NCBI RefSeq assembly: GCF_006345805.1
Contig: NW_021824990.1
Span: 1-17,039 of the forward strand
Source of the DNA: Octopus sinensis
Taxonomy: Eukaryota
DNA length: 17,039 nt
Reading direction: 5' to 3'
Part shown: piece after piece, positions 9,878 to 17,039 of the stretch
How positions within the stretch are numbered: position 1 is the stretch's first letter
How the letters are laid out: the number at the start of each line of letters is the position of its first letter
Position numbers and translations under genes: made by a program
Notes under the pieces: generated by a model
What the model saw: the letters and a program-made list of their open reading frames with translations, nothing else
The model's database searches: none
What the model was told of the DNA's origin: nothing

Positions 9878-10202
9878 ATATAAAATACTCTATACATTTA
9901 AAAGTATATTGTCAACTACTACATTGAAAGTGTGTAATCGATTTTGCTATATCCTTGGAAGGCTTAATAATCAATCACCTTTAGCCAAAAGCATTAAGAG
10001 AGAATTTTCTTTTCATTTCTATTTGAAGTCCGTATTGAATTAAGTGCAATCAAATAAAGTCACAACAAAGAGAAACACGGGAAAATGTAATCATATTCAT
10101 TGTGGAGATTTAATTGTGAATATTAAGGAAATAAAATCTAAAACCGTTTCATGTTCTTTAAATAACTTTATTGATATACGTGTGTGTATGTGCTTTGCTT
10201 GC

Positions 10203-10253
<51 letters not shown>

Positions 10254-10440
10254 TGTGTGTATGTGTGTGTGTATGTGTGTGTGTGTGTGTATCTTAAAGA
10301 ATAACAAAAAAAAACAGGAATAACGTGATACCTGTTATTAATTTACAATTGTTTCCGCTATCAGCTGCAGTACACTCAGAGCTGAGGATTTATGTAACAG
10401 TGCAACATCCACAAGCTTCCTCAGAGCCAGTAACAGCTGT

Positions 10441-11294
10441 AAGGCGGTGAGCTGGCAGAAACGTTAGCACGCCGGGTGAAATGCTTAGCGGTATTTCGTC
10501 TGTCGTTACGTTCTGAGGTCAAATTCTGCCGAGGTCGACTTTGCCTTTCATCCTTTCAGGGTCGATAAATTAAGTACCAGTTACGCACTTGGGTCGATGT
10601 AATCGACTTAATCCCTTTGTCTGTCCTTGTTTGTTCCCTCTATGTTTAGCCCCTTGTGGACAATAAAGAAATAAGAAACGCTAGCACGCCGGGCGAAATG
10701 CTTAGCGGTTTTTCGTCTGTCATTACGTTCTGAGTTCAAATTCCGCCGAGGTCGACTTTGCCTTTCATCCTTTCGGGGTCGATAAATTAAGTACCAGTTA
10801 CGCACTGGGGTCGATGTAATCGACTTAATCCCGTTGTCTGTCCTTGTTTGTTCCCTCTGTGTTTAGCCCCTTGTGGGTAATAAAGAAATAGGTATTTCGT
10901 CTGCAGTTACGTTCTGAGTTCAAATTCCGCCTAGGTCGACTTTGCCTTTCATCCTTTCGGGGTCGATAAATTAAGTACCAGTTACGCACTGGGGTCCATG
11001 TAATCGACTTAATCCCTTTGTCTGTCCTTGCTTGTTCCCTCTATGTTTAGCCCCTTGTGGTTAATAAAGAAATAAGAAACGTTAGCACGCCGGGCGAAAT
11101 GCTTAGCGGTATTTCGTCTGCTGTTACATTCTGAGTTCAAATTCCGCCTAGGTCGACTTTGCCTTTCATCCTTTCGAGGTCGATAAATTAAGTACCAGTT
11201 ACGCACTGGGGTCGATGTTATCGACTTAATCCGCTTGTCTGCCCTTCTTTGTCCCCTCTTTGTTTAGCCCCCTGTGGGCAATAAAGAAAAAAAA
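10441..11294 (+). mobile_element. Head-to-tail array of four SINE family 1 units (F about 10441-10674, G about 10675-10890, H about 10891-11074, I about 11075-11294)
   Basis: There are four near-identical bodies; only the first has a complete head. A repeat period of about 401 bp is also visible in the duplicated spurious ORFs 10608..10805 and 11009..11206. Confidence 0.93.
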
Positions 11295-11517
11295 TATCAG
11301 CTTTAAGTTATTGGAAGTGATTACGTAATTCCTGTTGTTTCATCATTTATTAATGGTGAAACATTAGTAAAGCGATTGACCTCTCCTGATGCTTTACTTT
11401 AAAGCAATCATCCTCAATCACTTTTTCTCTGTGAATCCCTTTGACCCCTGTTTAGCTTTAATTACCCCGCCATAACCACCATAGTTTTAAAAAATCCCAT
11501 TATATTTCTATAATTAA

Positions 11518-11690
11518 ACTAGTATTAAAACCCGATTTCATTCGGGCCACATTTTTTAGATGAGGAATTTTGTCCTTGAGGCCACGCCTTTCAATTGAGC
11601 AAACTCGAAGTTGCTATACAGACCCCCCCCCCAGCACTTTTAACATAGGTGTGCAAATTTTCAGATCAGTCCAACCACATTTACTAACAC
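11518..11690 (+). mobile_element. Possible Helentron/DINE-1-like non-autonomous element fragment
   Basis: ACTAG...A then hairpin CCCGA-tttcat-TCGGG (11531-11546), and GTGCAAATTTTCAGATCAGTCCA at about 11650, which resembles my recollection of DINE-1/Lep1 cores. Termini are not defined. Confidence 0.3.
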
Positions 11691-12104
11691 TTTTGCCTGC
11701 ACAAATGCTTGCAAGACAACGTCCACCCTTTTCACAAATATAGCAGATATTATTAGGAATTGTATTTAAAAAACAAACTGCTGAAATATCTTTATGTATT
11801 CTAGAAATAAAAGCAAGGTATTGAACATAAATTTTAACAGTCAAATCTTATGTGCCTCCCCACAAGTGCCATGTGAACGCTGGCTGAGAACAATTGCTTT
11901 TAAGCATATTGCATTTTAACAACTGGCTATATGTACCGTCATGCTAAAGTGAAATTATATTATATACATACGTACATATATATGTGTGTATATATATATA
12001 TGTGTGTGCGTGTGTATGTATGTATATATACATACATACATACATACATACATACATACATACATACATTCATACATACATACATACATACATATATATA
12101 TATA

Positions 12105-12345
12105 ACGGGAAGCTTTAAGAAAATAGACAAAAGACGAAGGCAGGTTTACGGAAATAAACAAAAGACGAAGGCAGGTGGAATACAAACAAACAATTGTATT
12201 AGTATGGCGCTCAGGAAATATAAATAAAACAAGTCTTTAACGTTTCGAGCCTACGCTCTTCAACAGAAAGATACACAGAGAAGAAACACAGAAAGGAGAG
12301 AAAAAAAATGCGTGCGGAGGCTAGCGAATCAACATGGCGATCTAC
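12105..12345 (-). mobile_element. Penelope-like (PLE) derived repeat with a minimal hammerhead-like motif and an internal 25-bp direct repeat
   Basis: The minus strand reads TCTTT-CTGTTGA-A-GAGC(GTAG)GCTC-GAAACGTT-AAAGA at 12271-12234. The direct repeat AAATA(G/A)ACAAAAGACGAAGGCAGGT is at 12121-12145 and 12152-12176. Microsatellites flank both sides. Confidence 0.55.
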
Positions 12346-12352
12346 ATATATC

Positions 12353-12390
<38 letters not shown>

Positions 12391-12411
12391 TATATATATA
12401 TTTTTTTTTTT

Positions 12412-12460
12412 GTACTTGTTTCAGTCATTTGACTGCGGCCATGCTGGAGCACCGCCTTTA
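12412..12460 (-). mobile_element. SINE family 4 3' tail fragment
   Basis: CAGTCATTTGACTGCGGCCATGCTGGAGCACCGCCTT matches 12899-12930. Confidence 0.75.
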
Positions 12461-12628
12461 GAGTGGTGAAAGAGTACAGCAGGGATCACCACCTCCTGCC
12501 GGAGCCTCTTGGAGCTTTTAGGTGTTTTTTTTTCGCTCAATAAACACACAACAACGCCCGGTCTGGGAATCGAAACCGCGATCCTCCGACCGCAAGTCCG
12601 CTGCCCTAACCACTAGGCCATTGCGCCT
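12461..12628 (-). mobile_element. tRNA-derived SINE family 5, 5' portion
   Basis: The reverse complement reads AGGCGCAATGGCCTAGTGGTTAGGGCAGCGGAC...GGTTTCGATTCCC (clear A and B boxes); inverted homolog of 13162-13300. Confidence 0.88.
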
Positions 12629-12632
12629 ATAG

Positions 12633-12633
<1 letters not shown>

Positions 12634-12704
<71 letters not shown>

Positions 12705-12726
12705 TATATATATATATTATATATAT

Positions 12727-12804
<78 letters not shown>

Positions 12805-12843
12805 ATATATATATATATATATATATATCTATATATATATATA
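12634..12843. repeat. (TA)n microsatellite, about 210 bp
   Basis: Direct reading. Confidence 0.97.
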
Positions 12844-12876
12844 TTGTATATAGGTATGTGCATATACATATGTATG

Positions 12877-13090
12877 TTCTTTTATTCTTTTACTTTCGCA
12901 GTTATTTGACTGCGGCCATGGTGGAGCACCGCCTTAAAGGACTTTATCTTGACTTATTCGTTGTAAGCCTGGTATTTATTCTATCCGTCTCTTTTGCCGA
13001 ACCGCTAAGTTACTGGAACATAAACACGCAAACATCGGTTGTCAGGCGATGGTGGAGGGACAAACACAGATGCAAAGATACACACACAAA
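12877..13090 (-). mobile_element. SINE family 4 body and 3' tail ending in a (AAAGAAT)-type repeat
   Basis: TTCTTTTATTCTTTTAC...GACTGCGGCCATGGTGGAGCACCGCC...GCCGAACCGCTAAGTTAC...GGACAAACACAGA; recognised from memory as an abundant octopus repeat, and partly duplicated at 12412-12460. Confidence 0.7.
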
Positions 13091-13101
13091 CATATATATA
13101 T

Positions 13102-13150
<49 letters not shown>

Positions 13151-13161
13151 GGTGTGTGTGT

Positions 13162-13441
13162 AGGCGCAATGGCCCAGTGGTTACGGCAGCGGACTCGCGG
13201 TTTAGGATCGCGGTTTCGATTCCCAAACAGAGCATTGTGAGTGTTTATTGAGCAAAAACACCTAACTGGGGGTGGTAGCGATCCCTGCTGTACTCTTTCG
13301 CCACAACTTTCTCTCACTTTTTCTTCTGCTGGCCTGCTCGCTTAGCCAGTGGGGTGGCGTCATTTGTAGGCTAAAACAATGCAAAGCGCATTGTGACCAG
13401 CGATGTGTAGCAACATCTGATTGCCTGGTCGATCACGGTGA
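13162..13441 (+). mobile_element. tRNA-derived SINE family 5, near full length
   Basis: A box TGGCCCAGTGG and B box GGTTTCGATTCCC; has a short internal deletion relative to the 12461-12628 copy. Confidence 0.88.
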
Positions 13442-13442
13442 T

Positions 13443-13513
<71 letters not shown>

Positions 13514-13515
13514 CG

Positions 13516-13669
13516 GCAGTTACCGCCCACAATATATATCCACTCGCAAGTCTTTGGTTGGCCCAAAGCTATAGTAGAAGATACTTGCCCAAGGTGCCAG
13601 GTTCTAGGACAGAGCCTGGAACCATGGGGTTGGGAACCAAGCTTCTTATCATACAGCAACGCCTGCGCT
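13516..13669 (-). mobile_element. SINE family 3, diverged partial copy
   Basis: GCTATAGTAGAAGATACTTGCCCAAGGTGCC...GCCTGCGC matches 9722-9877. Confidence 0.82.
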
Positions 13670-13674
13670 ATGTA

Positions 13675-13710
<36 letters not shown>

Positions 13711-13882
13711 GTGTGTGTATGTGCTATATGTAAAAATTTCCAGTTTGAGGAAAAGAGAGAGGAGAGTGTGTATGAGAGAGAGAGAGAGAGAGAGAGGGGA
13801 GGGGTAATTTAAAACCAGTCATTAAAATGGCTACGAAGGCTGAAACAAGTAAAAGAATACAAGTATAAAAGAATGTAAATAT

Positions 13883-14172
13883 AAACTGGCATTCCGTCGG
13901 TTGCGACGACGAGTTTTCCAGCTGATCCAATAAAATAGAACAGCCTACGTGCAAGTGGCTGAGCACTCCACAAACACACTAAACCCCTAACGTAGTTCTC
14001 AGGGAGATTAGGCGTGATACAGAGTGTAACCCTTTTGAATTACAGATACGATTCGTTTTTACTAGCAACGTGAAATAAAGTGTCTTGCTCAAGGACACAA
14101 CGTGCCGCCGGGAATTGAACTCACGACCTTATGATCAGGAACAGAGTACCCTAACCACTAAGCCACGCGCCT
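13883..14172 (-). mobile_element. SINE family 2 (CORE-like), near full length
   Basis: The reverse complement head is AGGCGCGTGGCTTAGTGGTTAGGG...GAGTTCAATTCCC, then GTGTCCTTGAGCAAGACACTTTATTTCACGTTGC (CORE-like), and a 3' part ending ...GACGGAATGCCAGTTT. Confidence 0.8.
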
Positions 14173-14185
14173 ACACCACTCCACA

Positions 14186-14929
14186 CTCTCTTTTTCTACT
14201 CCTCGGTCACACTCCCCCTCTCTGTTATGCTCTCCCTCCCTCTCGCTCTCTTCTCTCTTCTCCACTGACTCTCTCTCTCTCTCTCTCTTTATCTCTCTCT
14301 TTCTCTCTTCCCCACAGGCCGTCTGTTTCTCTCTCTCTATCTCTCTCTCTTCTTCTTCTCTCTCCCCTACGGTCTGTCTGTCTGTCTCTCTCTCCCTCTC
14401 TTTATTTCTCTCTGTCTGTCTGTCTCTCTTTTTCTCTTTACGCCCTCTCTTTCTCTCTCTACTCTCTTTCTCTCTCCACTCTCTTTCTCTCTCTACTCTC
14501 TTTCTCTCTCTCAATCTCTTACTCTCTCATCCTCTCTCTTTATCTCTCTCTCACTCCTTCTCTTTACCTCTCTCTTTCTCTCTTCCCCATGGGTTGTCTG
14601 TTTCTCTCTCTATCTCTCTCTATCATTCTCTCTTCTCTCTCCCCGACGGTCTGTCTGTCTGTCTTTCTCTTTCTCTCTCTCTTTATATATCTGTCTCTTT
14701 CTCTCTTTACTCCCTTTCTTTCTCTCTCTCTCTCTTTTTCTCTCTCTCTTTATATATCTCTCTCTCTTTATATATATATATATATATATATATCTTTATA
14801 TATATATATATATCTTTCTCTCTCTGTCTCTCTCTTTCTCTCTCTACTCTCTTTCCCTCTCTCTACTCTCTCTCTCTCTACTCCCTCTCTCTCTCTCTAC
14901 TCTCTTTCTCTCTCTTCTTCTCTCTTTCC
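14186..14929. repeat. Degenerate (CT)n homopyrimidine/homopurine tract, about 740 bp, with internal duplication
   Basis: Almost exclusively C/T on the + strand, with a short TA block at about 14765-14812. Confidence 0.95.
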
Positions 14930-14935
14930 AAACAG

Positions 14936-15059
14936 GTTTATAGCTAACATGATGACGTCTTGTTAAAACGCACAAAACAAGGCAACAGGAAACCACTTCC
15001 GTATTCTCTCGCGGAATATTCCTTGCCAAACGCACAACGCGTGTCAAAGAAGTCATCAG
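14936..15059 (+). other. Candidate 124-nt spliced exon (probably non-coding/UTR)
   Basis: Acceptor ...ctctttccaaacAG|G at 14934-14935 behind a long pyrimidine tract, and donor CAG|GTGCGT at 15060. All three frames contain a stop near the 5' end. Confidence 0.35.
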
Positions 15060-15835
15060 GTGCGTATGTATGCATGCGTGGGGGGTGCGTTGAGGCGGGG
15101 AGGAGGAAAGGGGGCGCGGCGGTCTTTCGTCTATCCGGTTGCGCAAAACGAGGATGTATAACAGATTTGCACTCTCCATTACAATGATTATATTATCGAT
15201 CGCAACACACCATTGAAGCCTGTACCGAACGGTCATGCTGTGTCATGGCCACAGTCCAATGACTACAACCAATGTAACATGAAGAAATGAATAAATAAAA
15301 GGATATTAATATTATTATTTTTAACAAAAGGTTCGAGGAAAGAAAATAATAGTAAGTAAATAAATAAAGAAAGAAAGAAAGAAGAGAGAAAAAGAAAATA
15401 ACAAAAAGAAATCAATGGAAATTGCTACATTTTGCAGCTTCTCTAGAAATTACAAGACTTCATGTAAGCTGCCAATGCAATAATAAACTATATTAGTAAA
15501 TCTGTCAGTTTGTGTGCGTGTATTTGCGTGTATGTGAGGTTGAGGGTGTATGCGTGTTTATATAGAAATACATAACTGTGTACATGTATTTATACGCATA
15601 TTTGTGTATATTATGTGTGCATGTTTGTGTGCATGTATATATATATATATCTAATGTATTATGTAAGTATATATGTTTATATATGTGTGTGTATACATAT
15701 ATATGCATATTTATATGTATATGTATGTATATATGCATGCATGTATGTGCATGTATGTATATGGAAGTGACTAACAGTGCACCATTCTGGTTGATGTTCG
15801 GTACAAGCTACTAAATGCCTGGCATTCACTTCACA

Positions 15836-15946
15836 TATCGTCATCATAGTCATCATCATCATCATCATCTTCATCATCGTCATCATCACCATCACCATCA
15901 CCACCACCACCACCACCACCACCACCACTACAACCACCACCACCAT
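15836..15946. repeat. Compound (CAT)n/(CAC)n trinucleotide repeat
   Basis: Direct reading. Confidence 0.93.
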
Positions 15947-16320
15947 TATATACTGCACCTGCTTTTTTTTCTTCGTTACCACCGAGACTGACTTTGTCTA
16001 TTCGGTGATGGTGATGTGATGGTGATGATGGTTGTGGTGGCTCTCCAATATTAGTGGGGTGGTGGTCTTTATCTTTCTGTCTGGCTTTCTAGAACTCTAT
16101 GTCCATCTCTCTCTTTATCCCCTTACCCACCCACCCCTCTCTCTCCTTGTCTTTTTCACTTTTCGGGTACACACACATACACGCATATGCATACATGCTA
16201 GAGAGAATGAGAGGGAGAGGGGAGAGGGAGAAGTAAGAAAGAGATAGAAAAGAAAGATAAATTCATATATGCCTACGTTCACATATACTGACATTTTGCC
16301 ACACCTACAAATACATATAT

Positions 16321-16325
16321 ATACG

Positions 16326-16372
<47 letters not shown>

Positions 16373-16539
16373 AGTGTGTGTGTGTGTGTGTATGTGTGTG
16401 TGTGTGTGTGCTTTGTGCGTGTGCATGTATGTAAGCATGTGTATATGGAAAGATGGAGGAATCAATGTAATGTACGAATATGGATTCATAAACACACACA
16501 CACACACTCACAAATACACGCACGGACACACACACACAA

Positions 16540-16571
<32 letters not shown>

Positions 16572-16778
16572 GCGTATATATATAGATACAATTATACACA
16601 GGCGCGTACATGTATATATGCATACACACACACACACACACGCACGCACGCACGCACACACACACAAACAAACACACATATATATGCATATGTATATATA
16701 TACAGATATATTATATACAGGCGCGTACATATATACATCCATGCATACATACACACATACATATACAAATACATATAT

Positions 16779-16812
<34 letters not shown>

Positions 16813-16859
16813 CAACACACATGCCACAGAACATCATACAAGGTATACACTTACACACT

Positions 16860-16887
<28 letters not shown>
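16321..16887. repeat. Compound (TG)n, (CA)n and (TA)n microsatellite mosaic
   Basis: Direct reading; source of the many spurious HT/CV/YI ORFs. Confidence 0.93.
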
Positions 16888-16890
<3 letters not shown>

Positions 16891-17039
16891 ATCATTGCAA
16901 CAGAGCTATTAGCTGCCGATTGATTTTGAAAAGGTTAACATATTGACAAGAGCGACATAGGATTTCTTTTAAGGTATCGCTTGTATTCCATAACTTTTAA
17001 TAATGGTGCTGCTAGTTTGATAACCAAACTAACATTCAA

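Noticed and set aside
8328-11206. Repeated ORFs containing RPRKDERQSRPRRNLNS
   Set aside because: Antisense translations of SINE family 1 copies, not a gene family.
10441-11294. CRISPR-like or tRNA-gene array
   Set aside because: Units are about 185-235 bp with no unique spacers. Heads are tRNA-derived with A/B boxes but continue into SINE bodies and are mostly truncated. The context is eukaryotic and has no cas genes.
14085-14966. 293-aa Leu/Ser-rich ORF and the RE-rich antisense ORF
   Set aside because: Translation of the (CT)n tract and an upstream SINE.
15505-16923. Numerous overlapping HT/CV/YI-rich ORFs (also at 1726-2576, 10044-10304, 11931-12227 and 12858-13812)
   Set aside because: Stop-poor dinucleotide and tetranucleotide microsatellites.

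Overview
AT-rich, microsatellite-saturated eukaryotic DNA, most likely an octopus (coleoid cephalopod). This is inferred from the tRNA-derived SINE families as I remember them and from the C2H2 zinc-finger gene. The only supported protein-coding feature is a minus-strand C2H2 zinc-finger ORF (1201 down to the window start, 3'-incomplete) that the ORF track missed; the listed 59..739 and 875..1189 ORFs are its antisense shadows. The rest is intergenic or intronic, with about 15 SINE copies from five families, a CR1/L2-like LINE 3' end, a Penelope-type repeat with a minimal hammerhead-ribozyme motif, and a decayed R4/Dong-like (restriction-like endonuclease, RLE) retrotransposon. That retrotransposon is split into two halves on opposite strands. 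Each half ends in one copy of the same 18-bp target-site duplication (TSD), which points to a local inversion mediated by inverted SINEs. I found no evidence of a prokaryote-style novel system.
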